Below, piece after piece: positions 37,776 to 52,148 of a stretch of DNA of 64,000 nucleotides; position 1 is the stretch's first letter, and every line of letters starts with the position of its first letter. Both the position numbers and the translations under genes were made by a program. The stretch lies in the NCBI GenBank assembly GCA_044892525.1, contig CM097887.1, positions 31,992,001-32,056,000 of the forward strand, written 5' to 3'. Below the pieces are notes generated by a model, which did not search any database, was not told where the DNA came from, and worked only from the letters and a program-made list of their open reading frames with translations. The DNA comes from Schmidtea polychroa (taxonomy: Eukaryota).

Positions 37776-38635
37776 GATTGCAAAAACAAACAAATATTAG
37801 AAAATACTGATACAACAACATCACAATACATCACGAGCAACAGAGATAAACCAAAAATTGACATAGGGTAGTAACTTTAAACACAAAAAACAAAACTAAT
37901 CTGGAAAGAATTACACCAGAAATCAAAAAAATCCTAGAACGATACAAAGAACTAATGGAATCAGTCCAATTTGACGACAAATCAGAACAAACTACCGAAC
38001 ACGCAATACTGACAAATGGAAATCCAGTACATGCAAAAGTAAGATCACTAGATCCAAAAAAATAGAAATTACAAAAAACATTTTCAACGAACTGTTGAAA
38101 AACAACATAATCAGACAATCAAACTCTGAATGGTTTTCAGAATTGATGCTAAAACAAAAAGCTAATGGTGAATGGAGAGCTTGTGGCGAGTGCAGACTAC
38201 TGAACAAAATAACAGAACCAGACAGATATCCACTACCTACAATAAAAGATATAATAAACCGAATAAATGGTGCAAAAAACTTCTCAAAAATAAATTTGCA
38301 AAAAGCATATCACCGAACAGAAACCAAAAGGAATTTTAAAAAGGAGACCGCGCTCTGAATTGGATGGAAAAACAGTACTAACAACAGATTTCATCCTAAT
38401 AAAAAAACCTTTCACAAAATGTTTCGAATCCAAATACGAAGGTCCTTTCAAACTCCTAGAAATCAACAAAAATGTCGCCACAATAATTAAAAACAACAAC
38501 AAAATGAAAATAAACATAGGACGAATAAAACCCTACCACTTGAACGAAAACCCGCAAAACAATCCACCAGAAAACAAAACACAAATGAAAACACAACCAA
38601 TTCTCAAAAACATCACATTCAACTACAAAAACTGA
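37776..38635 (+). pseudogene. Element B pol remnant: N-terminal RT fused to integrase C-terminus (large internal deletion)
   Basis: HAILTNGNPVHAK...IIRQSNSEW...WRACGECRLLNKITEPDRYPLP...FSKINLQKAYH, then directly KYEGPFKLLE...INIGRIKPY. No YxDD, RNase H or rve core. Confidence 0.88.
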
Positions 38636-38970
38636 ATCAAACTATTTGACAAAGACACAATAATCACACCCCTATACAAAAAACGATACAGCGATTGTCT
38701 AAAATAAAACAGAAACATAAAAAAAAACAAATCACACGCACAAACAACGCTGACTGTACAGTTTTATTTATTTCCTTGTAATTACGAAACTGGTTTTAAA
38801 TTTTTTGTTTTATCCAAGTTGTATATAAAAAACAGAAACGAAATACATACAAAATATACAAAAAGACAAACAAAACATACAAAGAAAAAAAATGTTGCCG
38901 AATTTTACCGTTCATGTTATTTTTATTTTTTATCGTTCATGTTAACCTCCGGTTTTAAAGGGGGAAGTTA

Positions 38971-39358
38971 TGTAGTAGAATGTTATATTTTTATCATAAT
39001 TACGAGTCAAAACAGAACCTCAATTAGGTTTTGTTTTTACTCCCGTTATGGCGCCCTTAACGTCATGAAATAAAGTCTTTAAAAAACTATATAGCGATAA
39101 TTTACTATAGTAAATTATCACTATAGTAAAAATGAAAAATCAAAAAAAATCAATAGTCAAAAGTCAATTATATAATTCAAGAGACAATTACCAGAAAATT
39201 TGCTATCTTACGAATTTTTCATCTGAAATTTCGCCCCCGATCTTCAGAAAATAATTCAAAATATATCTAGATATATCTATCAAACAAAACGAAGGATTGC
39301 GAAACATTTTCTAAAATAAAATTCCTCGGAACTATTCGATACCAAACATTTTGGTACA
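38971..39358 (+). repeat. 3' LTR of element B (388 bp, TGTA...TACA)
   Basis: Starts TGTAG after the polypurine tract and ends GTACA. Confidence 0.95.
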
Positions 39359-39649
39359 TAATAAGGTTTTTTTTTACTTTTATAAATAAAAGTTGTATTG
39401 TTATTATTATTGTTATTATTATTTAGTTAAATTGTAATAATTTTTTTTAAACTTACATACATTCACCCCAGCTGTCACGAGACAGTTTATTTACTGGTGA
39501 CTCGGCTGGGCTCTTCAAATTTCTTTACACACGCACTCACTTACTAACACAAATAAAATATATTTTATATAAACAGACAATTAAGTATACGCATCCAATA
39601 CCCACTTACACCTATCAGTAGCGTTTACGAACATAATATCGAACTCAAC

Positions 39650-41290
39650 ACTGACTCTTGTGAGTGCATCTGCTTTGTTTTTGTCTGTCGGGACAAACTC
39701 AATCGAGATCGTTAAGTCATAACCTTTTCGTAATTCACAAATGATCTGCAGACGTCTTCGGACTAGCATCTCAGCAATTTCTGGCAGTATCCGTTAAAAC
39801 TGAATATATCCAACTCCTGACGGTAGCGGAATCTGTTACTACAACTAAGTTGCTTCTTTCCCAGCTGATGGATAAGTTAATTCCCTTTATCACAGCGTCT
39901 AACTCTGCAAGGTTTATATGAGCAAAATCGTTTTCTTCCTCATCCATTTTGCATCTTCGACGATTTTTCCTGATATTTCTAACATAACTCCTAATGCCAG
40001 ATTGCTCGCATCGTACCTGACAATCGTAGATCCGTCCTTATTTACGTGCCACTCATCAGACACCGGATCGCTCTCTTTCACACGATATATCATTTCGTTG
40101 ACCATTTTTAACGCGATGTTTCCAATCGTATCATTTCACTTACTTCCAGCACTGTGTGGTTTTATATAGCTACTTGCTACTCTTAACCATCCAGCAACAG
40201 GATAGTGACCAACGAGTTGACCGCAGAGGGAAAATAACTCCCTTCTTGACATAGTTGTAAACGCACAGTGTGGCAAAATGTTTCCACATGCCACGTACGA
40301 CCGTTAATACTTGTTTGAAGCCGGAGACCTAGCACTCTTGTATCATCAAACTCTTCCGGTGGCTTTGTAATTAGCCCGTATGCTGCTAAATGGCTTATTA
40401 CTTCATTGACGTTTATTCTTGACTGGTTGACAATAATGTCATCAATATAACTATCCACTGCTTTCCTGATATCTTCTCTTAAACATAGTACCTTCCGTAA
40501 TATTGTAGACTTATTTTCGAAGCCACATTTAATCCAAAACCGAGTCTCGTTAGAAAGTATCCGTTCCCTTTGTAACTAACCCTTTGGTGCTCCCGTAGGT
40601 CTTCATCAACATGTATCTGAAGATAAGCATTTTAAGATCAATTAACATAAACTGTTCGCCCATCATTCGCTATTGCCTTAATGATTTGCCACATACATCA
40701 CTTTGTCCAGTATGGCTACTAACATATTTATTTAGTTCTCGAAAATCCATTACCGGACGAACTTTTCCTTTGTTTACTTGCTCTATTGCCAATAGCGGAA
40801 TTTTTCCATACACGATGTATTTCGTTGGAATTAGCCATTCTTCTTGAATCCACCGTTCAACCTCCGTGTCAAACTTGTGCTGCAGCCCTGGATCGATTTT
40901 ATAATTTGAAATTCTATTCAATAGTACAGCTGGTTCTGCTTTCCATTTCCACTTCACGGTGCACTTGCCGTCACCGGATGCTGCCGAAAAATTACCATCT
41001 TCAATTCGCGAATTCTCATTTAACTGATTCTCAGCCACGCACGATACGTCTGCAATACCTGAAAAAGATACACCGGTCTTATCAATTTTAAGACCTCCCA
41101 GCATCCCTATTACGTCCATTTCTAAAATTATTTCAATAAACTACCACCAACAATCAGTTGAACTTTCACATCACGCATACACTTGACTAGTGATCCATCC
41201 GCAGTCATGATACTCCCATTCCGTATAAATCGTTTCTTCGCAATTCTGGCTGACACAACTGATTTGAAACATCCCGAGTCAACCTTAATT
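39650..41290 (-). pseudogene. Gypsy element A: protease-RT-RNase H (5' half of the split pol)
   Basis: KVDSGCFKSVV (protease), GKIPLLAIEQVNKGKVRPVMDFRELN, SYIDDII (RT), YDASNLALG, NLAELDAVIKG, VTDSATV, NKADALTRV (RNase H); many frameshifts. Confidence 0.9.
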
Positions 41291-41464
41291 TATAATAAAT
41301 ATTTTTTATATATTTATAATTAATATTTACTAAATAGTAATTTATTTATACCAATTATATAATATTTCTATTTATAGTAATTATTTATTTATTTATATTA
41401 TTTATTAATTTATCTTATAACCAAGGCCCTTATGGCTACTATTTTTGCAAACCCAACCTCAACA

Positions 41465-41745
41465 CAATAATAGTTGTCCATATAAATTGTATGTCCTTTT
41501 TCCAAGTATTCCTTAATAAGTTCAACAACGACTGCATAATAATTTCCTTTTTTATTGGTAACGGCACCTTTACTATAAATGAGCACATCAATCGAAAGTT
41601 TTTCTTCACCAGTAAACTTCATATTCAGACTATCCCTCATATTTTCACAATATTCCTCTGCTAAATAATCTTCTTCAAATTCCACACTTTCTTTACTTTC
41701 ACTATCCATGCAAAAGCTACTTCCAGAATCTCCAAAAAAAATCAC
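41465..41745 (-). pseudogene. piggyBac transposase fragment
   Basis: EKLSID... and VVVELIKEYLEKGHTIYMDNYY match PGBD catalytic-core motifs. Confidence 0.75.
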
Positions 41746-42038
41746 TTTCGGTGGAATTTAATGCAGCCTCGACAATTTGCTCTACAGTTAATTTTTTATT
41801 TCCCCTACCCTCTATTTTGAAATAAATCTATAATAAATCTAAATTGTTAGAATTATAATAGTAAACATAAACAAATTATAAAAGAAATTCTTATTTATAA
41901 ATTTTTAAATTCAATATCAAAAATACTATTTTTTTGTAAGAAAAATTCACAACTTTACTCTTTAAAAACATTACTTTTATGACATGAAAGCAATATAGTT
42001 TTTTACAAAAAAATTAAGAAATAACGCAAAAAACACAT

Positions 42039-42450
42039 TAGGGTTGCCAACTCACACAACCTCGAACCCGGGAGATTTTAAAATTGCGAACAGTATAACA
42101 CTTAAGAAATAATATAACGGGTGTTTTTTCACTTTTGGTTTACACATGTTACTAGTTTTTAAACATTAAAATTTTAAAAGTGAAAAAAATCCTGACAGTG
42201 ATAGACTAATAACGTAGGTAAAAAGAAAAACATAAAATCGCTCGTCGCAAACAAACAACTTAAACTTCCTTTGACTGTGAGCAAAAATAAATCTTGACTA
42301 TCATTATTTTAGAGAAATCAAATAAAAGTTAAAACTTCAAAAACTGCACTTTTTCTTGAAAAATTGTAAAATATTGTAAAAACGGAAAGACGGGAGACGA
42401 AAGTCGATTCCGAGAGACTCCCGGCAAAAATGGGAGAGTTGGCGAGCCTA
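42039..42450. mobile_element. hAT-family MITE (older; TSD not preserved)
   Basis: TIRs TAGGGTTGCCAACT / AGTTGGCGAGCCTA; subterminal CCCGG/GGGAGA motifs. Confidence 0.75.
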
Positions 42451-45400
42451 TCTATATAACTTCTTGACTAATCTGCAAACCACTGGACACAAATATGTGG
42501 CATTCTACCAGAAACTAAAAAGTACAAGATTACTTTACCAACTTCTGCGAAATTGGAACATCTCTAATAAAATGTGATCCATATGTATGACATGAGTTTC
42601 AGGGAAAACTATAATGTCACAAATAAATGAAGCTGAGGAGCTAACGTATTAATTTAGTCATTATTATTTTTTTATTTATATTTTATTAATTTGACTGTTC
42701 TTTAAATTTATTTAAATTATTATTTATTATTGCTTACTACTGACTAAAGTCAATAGGTAATATATTTTGAGCATTAAATATTAAATTTTCCAAAGAAACA
42801 AATGTTTATATAAAACAGCCGAGTCATACTTTTGAAATTATCGCTTAAAAATAAATAATACTTAATGTAAAAAACGAAATGTTTATGATTATGCAATATC
42901 ATAAAGACATTTCGTAATGTCATACAATAATTGCATTTTCAAAGCCTTTGATACAAATTATAGCCTATCCACCTATCAGGATATTACTCGCTCCGATGTC
43001 CTTCATTTTTGCATTAATTCATTTTATTCTGTAGTTTTTGATTTTTGTAAATAATCATTTCTCTCGAACCGTACGCTGATTATGTGAATTTGATAATTAT
43101 TTGATATAGAGTGGCTTTGAGTTCCACTTCATAACATTTGCAATACGGGTACTGATAATAACGGTTATTGTAAAATGTGATTCAACACAATCATAGTATG
43201 ATCACTCACCATAATCGTGTTACAACATTACTTCATCGGGTTAAGGACCATCAGAAATTAAAATTTTATAAAAATAAAGATAACATTTTGAAAAGTTACG
43301 CTTAATATGGGAAGTTAAATGACTACATTTAAACAAAGTGTTTGTGAAAATATATTTGAATGTATAGCAAAAAGTAAGTTGATAAATAAGACTCCACATT
43401 CCGTATTTGATATCGTGTTGGGCAAGATCTAATTTTGACCCAAATTAAGAGAGAATTTGGACCGGAATGTTTTAGAGTTTAAACATGAATAAATGAACAA
43501 ATATATCACCAGAATCAAGTAACATAAATAAATTACAACAAAAGACAAACGTAAGCAGTAAAGCATAAAATAAACACAAAAATAACATAAATAATACAAA
43601 TAATACAAATAAATAATACAAAGTCAGGTACTTTCCTAGTATAGAAGATTATAAATAAAATAGGGGATTATAACTAATGCAGGGAATTATAAAATAATAA
43701 ATTGAAAAATTGAAACATCCGTACTTTGAATACAAAACCAACTAAAAGATTTATCATTTGTAATGTGCATTCGATATATATGTGAAGCATTCCGTTAATC
43801 CACAAATTGTTCGAATTCGAGAGTTTTGACCACATTTTATTGATTAAAAAGATGGGGATGTTTGAAAGGAAAGTTTATATATAAGAATATTAAAACAAGG
43901 TATTTTAATTTAATTAATTTAATAATGTATTTCAAATTAATTAATTAATTAATATATTTATTAATTTGAAAATCAGAGGCACTACAAATTGATTTAAAAG
44001 AATTTGAATTTGTTTTAATACACTCATGGATATACACTAACTAAAGCACCCAAATAAGGCTATATATACGAAAGCATTTTAGTCAGAAATTAATCAAGTC
44101 TTATCTTATTTGAGTTTATGCCAAAATTTCCCAACTTTGATTTATTTTTATATAAAGTCTAACTTCTATAAGTGTGGCACTTTTTTTTAAAACATATCTA
44201 ATGGGTATAAAAATTTAAATGTGCAAATAATTATTAGAAATAGTAAAGAAAAGCTGGAAATTTGAAATCAAAAACGTTAAATAAACATGCTAAAATATAT
44301 TTATACAAGACCATATTTAAACTAGGATTTTTAGTAATAGTATTAATGTTATTTTAATGCAGAAAAACAAATGATATAATGAATAAATAGATATTATAAG
44401 AATTTTTTTCAAGTTTTTTAATAAATACAATAAATAAATAATAAATGAATAAATAGACATTTTTTATTCACAAAATAGACTTATTTTTGTTATTTTATAA
44501 GGCTGGTAGGTATTTCTATATTAGACAATTTAAAATTTTAATAAAAGAAAATTAAACCAAATAATAACTAACCAAAATAAGTTGCCTCGCTATAAAAAAC
44601 AACACTTCATATGATAAAATAACTTTTTTATAAAATGTTCCGCTTGTAGAAGTTATACTGTAGTAATTTGTAGATAGTAATTTCATTTTGTGTAATGTTA
44701 TTACTTATAAATTCTGATTAAATTTTCATCTTCAATTTTTATGATAAATTTTCTTTCTTTTTTTATGTTAAGCATTTGGAATCATTTTCATTAACAAATA
44801 AATTAAAACCTTTTTCCGACCCCCAGCCGGACAGAAACACTCATGCAATATACACCCGTTTGCAGTGAACAAACACATCTATAATGTTTAAAAAAATCAA
44901 TGTGTATATTATATAAACATACAAACTTACCTGTGTGTTGATTTTTAGCGTTGCAATAAATAAACGCATTTAATATAGAAAGTGAGAAAGTGGTGAGTGA
45001 GAAAAAAATTAACTGACACACACAAACACAACACATAGCAAAAATTTCGATAAATATTCCCAAAAACTCAACTTTGAGTTGTATAGATAATGAAGACATT
45101 ATTTCGTAAGATTTATCTTAAAATTTTTAATAAATTTAATAGTTTTTTAGTATTTTACATTACCCTGAAATTTCAACTTTGCCGTCTGATGTTGATGTTG
45201 GGGAAAAAATAGAAAATCGTAAATTTTATTAACCTAAATTTAAAAATTAATATTTCTATAGAATTTCAAAAACTATTTTCAACACATCCACCGTTTTCCC
45301 CTAAAAGATGTAAAAAAATAGATATTTTTGGAGATTAATAAATTCTATTTGTTACTTAATTACTTTAAAAATAATAAAATTCACATTATATTGAAATAAT

Positions 45401-48400
45401 TCCAAATTTTTATTAATAAACATCTAAAAATCCTGAAAAATTAATTTAAAATAATTATTATTTAAATAAGTATTATAAAAATGATCTCATATCTACGTGG
45501 ATCAAAATTCAAACCTTAAAGTTTACTTTAAATAAAAAAATTACTTGAAAGCCATTTCTAAGATAGCTAAATACATATAGTTAAAATACACCTAAATTCG
45601 AAATATAAACAGAATACATATAATCCATATAATCCATATAATCCATATAATACTACTAATCCATCACAAATAATGACGCATCTATAATTGGTTGTACACA
45701 CCAGCCCATATTATAGATGCTTTCAAGTATTTTATTTTATTTAAAGTAAATTTTAAAACTTGAATTTTAACCCATATAGATACGAGAATATTAGTCAAGC
45801 TCATAAATATTACTTTTTATCAACATTTTTTATTATAAATTATTTATAATTTAATTTCAGATTTTTTAGGATTTTGGAATTATTTTGATATAATGTAAGT
45901 CAGATATATTTTTAACTATAAATAAATAAAGTAATTCCCAAACACAATTCTCATTTCATCCAAAGATGCATAAAAATTGTATTCTACGAAATCCAACAAA
46001 TTATTTCCATGTTCTTCTGAAATAATTTGTCTTCTGCTACCTCTTTCCTGTTTGCAAATTTCTCCATATTTTTTATATCTGTAAATTATTGTTCCAATTG
46101 ATTGTTTGTGATTCCAAGTAATCCTCCAAATTCTTCTGAATTTTCAACATTTTTAATTTGATATAGGCGAATTTTATCATGTTCTATATTAATATTAAAT
46201 TTATTAAAAATTGAAGATAAATCTGACGAAATAATGTCTTTATTATATATACAACTCAAAGTTGTAGTAAAATAAATCAGCATATTCGAACCATTAGGAT
46301 GTTGTGGCAGTTGTCCTGTCATCTACCACCAATCCGGGAAACTCCAGTGCCGCAGTGGATAAAGGTTTGATTAATCAACTGCAAGCGCAGGCTATTCAGG
46401 ATTAAGTGGAGATTCCAGCAATAAAGATAAAAATATGTCAATTGGAAGCTCAAAATTATCAAGTGTGTGGTGGCCATAAAGAATAGATCAGCATTTGTTG
46501 CAATACATTCAAATTAACGTTTATTTGAAATATAACTGTACAAGAAAAATTCCAATTTAAAAAAGATTTTTTGGATATCGATCAATATGTCAGAACTCAA
46601 GTTCAACCTGTGCCCTACTTTGAAATTTTCCTATCGGACCGTCCAAATCAACGAACGGCTGAACCAAGAAACTGAATGTCAGATCGTAAGGACGATGTAA
46701 TCCAGGTAAAAAAAAAGGGACGCGTCCGACGCCGTGCTTAGAAAACGGCGTGGATAGTAGATCGTGTTTGTTAAAGTCAGAAAATATTCACCTGCAAGAT
46801 ATACTCACCGACCTGTCATAATTCAGTATTGGCGCGTACTGTTCAAAATAAATGCAATATAAAAGCGATTGACCGAGTTTTCAGTAATAAATTTTGGTAA
46901 CATTCTCTAAAATGATGTTGCTACTTTGTGATCGATTATATTAAATAATATTTGTTTATTTATTTTTGTGATGTATGTTGATGATATAGAACGATGAACG
47001 AATTGAATGTTGTGATGCAGTGATAATGAATAACGTGGTATAGGAAATGAGGGAGGGAGAAACACTCAATAATTTACATTTACCATTGTTATTGTTACAA
47101 ATTAAATATAAAAACATTTAAATAATTAGTCAACACATGCGAAGGTGCACAAGTTGGAGACAAGTGCGTTCATAAGCACCGGAACGCTGTTTTGTGTAAA
47201 AATGAAATATATTATTGATGTGATAGGAATCGTCGATTCTTCATTTTGACTGTTCGGACCTAAAATAAAGACATAGACCTTCAAACGGCAATACACCGAC
47301 GCATTCGAATACTTGCCGATTACAGTGCACTCACTTTTATCAAGAATTCTCCTATTCTACACATTACCAACGTTGCTCATTCAGGGGGCGTCGAGTAGTA
47401 ACGAGTATCTATATCCTAGGTTGAGGTAAAAAACAACACGAAAGGTAAAATGTCAGTTACCTACAACCTCTCAAATCGTAACAAAAAGAAGGCATCGCAC
47501 ATGAATGTCCATCTAGCTATACATCAAGACTTCAGAATGTATTTTGTTAAATTTTCCTTTAAAAAATTTCATCATTTAGTTGACGCACTGTGATGCAGGT
47601 ATCTTTGCACAAGTGCAACGGCGGATCAAGTTTCGCATAGGGAAGGTTGATGTACAGGTTGTACAGAAAATAATGCTTTAGAAGTGGAATATGGAGTGCA
47701 CTAGGCCTAATCACTTATTTCTGATATTGTGCTTATTAAGTTGTACATTTAAACATGGAACAGTATGAATACAACTATTTTTACATCTGGTATGTTTGAC
47801 TTTTTATTGATGTTCCAAATTTGTAGTTGTCATCCAGTTACTAAGTTTTTGTAGCAATGTAATTAGTTTTTATTTATTATATTTATCCTCTTAAAAATCA
47901 AGAAACTTTCACAAATAAATTAATACCAAAACAAAAATTCATTTATCTGAATCGAGAACGTGATTTATTTCCGTTTCAGGTTTTCTATTTTCTATCATTT
48001 CAATTAATATTTATCAATATTTTAACTGTATAACAAATTCTTTATTATAATATTACCTGATAAAATATCATTTATTATAAAAAATATTTACCTATGTGAC
48101 CTTATTTCATTTAAGTCCAACAAGCCTAAACAAATAAACAACAATCCACATGACAAATGAATCATTTCTAACAGGCCTAAAAGCTTTCACAAACCGATTT
48201 CATAGATAATTGTTAATAAATATATAAATGCCAATGAATATTGTCCTTCAAATAGAACCAACTAAATTAGTCAACAATCAAATTATGAGAGATAATTCTT
48301 TAATAAATTAATTAATTTCGACATCAAAGCCATGTTTAAAAATTAAACTCACAAATCCATTTAATTATTGCTTCATTAAAACATTGAAATTCAATTAAAA

Positions 48401-50111
48401 TTATTTATGTGAATATTTAACATTCACATTAATGCGATTATAAAATATTGTCTTAATTTTCTTTAAAAAAACCTAGCTCCACTGTAACATCAAATTTCAT
48501 TAATATTTCATCATATTTAAAATTGAAATTAAAAACAAAATTACAAATGTATTAAAACGTAATAAAAACATTGAAAAAGTAGCTGCTTCATAGACAATAT
48601 CAATAATGCTAAATGATACAATAATTGTGTTATAAATATATATATCACCATCATTCTCATCACAAGTCCAAAGGAAAATAAGTTATTCAAGTCGGCTGAT
48701 TATGTATAAAGATATCTACAAAGAATAAATACAAGGCAAGAGAATTCAATCTCTAATTTCTATGTACATTACACATCCAATATGTATGATTATCATATTC
48801 ACCACTAATTGAGACTGAAAAAACAAATCATTTATTAATGGTTTCAAAACAATTGAATTATTAATAATGAAATATAACCTTTAAATTTGAAAAAAAGATA
48901 TTACAAACAATAAACGGTCAAAACTTGTATTTTATGTTTTATCTGTATTGTTAGCTAATTAGTCAGTTAGTTAGCCCCCCTTTCATTCACCAATATAAAT
49001 TATAAATTAATCATTTTATAACTCTTACAATTTGATTAACTCGATTTCTTAATAATAATATTAATGAATCAATCGATTAAATAGTTTAAAGAATAATGAA
49101 ATAAACTTATGAAGATTTCAATTCCTACAATTTATCCTTACTCCGTAAATAAATTATAGCAATGCTAAACTTTTGCACTCTAAGTATTCCTCCCAGGCAT
49201 TGACAAAGATGAAGCACGATGAAATGCACTACAGGACCAAAACAGTTGGAATTTATAGTTGAATTTTAGTTGCATCATGTTACAGCAATAAACCCAGAAA
49301 GTGCGAGTTATTGTAAGTTTTACTGAAGAAAAAAAAGTCCAAGAAAAAATAAAATTAATTTGTTTTTAAGTATTTTCATGTATTATTTTATTTTAGACTA
49401 TATAGTGTCAGAGATTATATTGACGTATAAACATATATAGGTTGAATAGCTAGGTCAATTATTATGTTGCATGATTTCACGGATATGGTCAAATTTAAAC
49501 ATTCATGATTTTTAATGAAATTGATTTTGATAACAGCTCGGATTTAATATGCCTGTGAATAATATATTCATAACATATATTTTAATTTAGGAGTAACTAG
49601 AGTATTCGGTAAATATAGTTTAACTTATTCATTCTATATAATCTACATATGTTATATTATTCACTCACTTGAAACAATCATCATTTTCTTCAGAGATGGT
49701 TTCTAATAATGGCGGACTAGCAGTTTGAAAATTACTAAGACTTTTACGACTAATGACCCATAACAAATGATTCCGACTAGATTCGATTGACTTTTTTGCA
49801 TGAATATTCGAGTAATGTTCCCCAATCAAAATGCTTAAGTATTTGATCAATTCCCAATCCTCCTGAAATTAGTCATTCAATCAGTAAAATTATGCAACAA
49901 TTATTTTTAATTTAAAAATATTTTGTTCATAGGAATTTATATAATATTTCTACATAATCTTTGTGCGTATGTTTGAAATACCCTGTAAATAATTGTAAAA
50001 ATGCAGGATAAACTAGAAATTAACTGATTTTTTACCTCACAAATTTATCAAATAAATCTTTTTGTTAATGTCTGTTTTTAAAAATCTAATTTTAAAATTA
50101 TAGGAGGAAAG

Positions 50112-50675
50112 TGCAGCAAATTTAATGGCGTTTTTTAGAGAAAAAGAAATCTTAAGAAGCACAGTAACTTGTAATTATTGTTTACTGACAATGGTTGAGG
50201 TTCAGCACAATCGACAAAAAGATAAATATGTCTGGAAGTGTATGAATCACTTTGCAATAAATTTAAAACTACAAAATCTGTGAGATCAGGTTCCTGTTTA
50301 GCAAAATTTGATTTAGACCTTAAAACTTATTTGTTAATTTTGTGATGCTGGTTTTCTAATCACTCTAATAAAAATGTCGAGAAATAACAGGTTGTTCGGA
50401 ACCAATAATAATAAATTTTTTTGATCTTTTAAGATCAAGAATTGCATTATTTTTTAATTTTGAAAATGAGAAACTGGGTGGTGAAGGTATGATCGTACAA
50501 ATAGATGAATCCATGTTTAGACACAACCCTAAAATCATCGTGGAAGGTCCATCGGTGATGAAATATAGTTTTTTGGTATGGTTGATACAATTTATATTCC
50601 TAGATAGATCTCAAAAAACCCTATTACCAATAATTAACAAAATGTGTTTGACTGGATCTATTGTATGGTCTTATT
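50112..50675 (+). pseudogene. Merlin (IS1595/ISXO2-like) transposase pseudogene
   Basis: TCNYC...VWKCMN..C...SVRSGS; KLGGEGMIVQIDESMF; DRSQKTLLPII...GSIVWS; stops and frameshifts. Confidence 0.88.
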
Positions 50676-50689
50676 AACTATGAAACTGG

Positions 50690-51000
50690 AACACATACAC
50701 AAGCCATTGAAGGTTACTGGGAAAAACCAAAACATCCTGTGCTTTACTTTGAAGTTCAATAAGATCATCTTTGAGTAAATCTTCATTATCAATGTCATAT
50801 TGAAAATAAATGAATTTTGTATCCATCTCCGATCCATACCAATTTTTACTGTCGAAAAAATAACCATCAAATGATTTGCTTAATATTTGCAAATGATGTT
50901 TAATTTCTGAACAGATAATAGTGCGGCACAACTAAATGTCACAATAACTACTCCAATTTGACTGTTTCGTCCCGTACCATTAGTGGTGCATGCACCCCTG
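50690..51000 (-). pseudogene. hAT (ZBED5/Buster-like) C-terminal fragment with terminus
   Basis: HLQILSKSFDGYFF...DDLIELQS; terminus CAGGGGTGCATGCACCACTAATGGTACGGG on the minus strand at about 50970-50999. Confidence 0.65.
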
Positions 51001-52148
51001 GTTTAGATTAATAAATGTGTTTACTTACGTTTTATTTTTTAGGGGCGATTTTTTAGTTGATCCAAAATGCAATAAATTGATATAAAAAACTCCATTAATA
51101 AAATTTAAATTTTTTATATGCATATAGATATAAATTGCTTCTTAATTTGTTAACATCTAATCCAGTCGTTCGTTCTTAAACATACTATAAGAACCACGCC
51201 CTAAAAAATTGAAATCTGCGTACCACCAAATAAAATTTTAACTTTTGCCCTATTTTTAGTGAAATTTAAAAACAAATTCAATATAAAATAGGAAAAAATT
51301 ATTTGCAATCAAAATTCACTTTTCAAAAAAGGAATTCTCAAAACACTTCAGTGTTGGTTATAGATAATAGAAGATTCCATCATTGTAGAGTTGAAATAAT
51401 ATTTGATTTTGCAAAATTTTCAAGTCATTTTTATACAAGCAAACTTGAACCATATTTTCATATATTAAGACTCGCCTAAATCGACTCCTTCTCAATACAC
51501 AAATAAGAGAAAACCTTCAAAAATCAAAATTGAAACTGTTATTAGTGATTTGGGTAATTTCTCAGAATATTATCAAAATTTATTAATCCAATTAACAACA
51601 AAGATTTGTAGATAAATGAATTTGTGAAACAATTTTGTATTGATTTATATTAATATATAAAAAATAAGTTAAAGTAAGAAATAATCAAAGAACGAAGACA
51701 AAGTTTTATAATAGAACATCCCCAACTAAGTATATTAAAATATAACATTGCTATATATTTCGACCGTTAAAACAATCTTCTTCGGGCTAAGAATCGTACT
51801 AATAACAACGAAATGAAAATAAGAATATTCAAACGAGTTAACAACTAATAATCGCAATCAAACTGTATCAAAAAGATATTTTAAGAAAATTTTTAAATAT
51901 AAAAAATAAATTTAAAAATTGTTTTTATACAAAAATTTAACAAACAACATCATCCCAAATATTAAATATACAAGTTAAATTATTTAAATTCATTCAAAAT
52001 CTCCGTGGGCTTGGCACTTTGAATATTAATTATAGGATTTAAAGATCTAATTAATAACGCTTCGCACGTTACTCATTCCCAGTTATTACTCAAACTCTTC
52101 GACAAGATCTTAAAATGAGTAATACTTATTTTTTTACTGGTAATCTTC

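Larger units (their letters stand above)
28676..39358 (+). mobile_element. Gypsy element B (CsRn1/Kabuki-type gag): two LTRs, defective gag-pol, interrupted by two hAT transposons
   Basis: LTRs at 28676-29052 and 38971-39358; gag with CYFHNKFGDKAYKCVKPC (CX2HX9CX3C); protease LIDTGS; partial RT; integrase C-terminus; polypurine tract AAAGGGGGAAG before the 3' LTR. Confidence 0.92.

Noticed and set aside
44803-45099. Possible spliced cold-shock-domain motif (AFIYCNAKNQHT|DVFVH)
   Set aside because: It needs an assumed splice, the RNP1 motif is incomplete, and a stop follows within a few codons.
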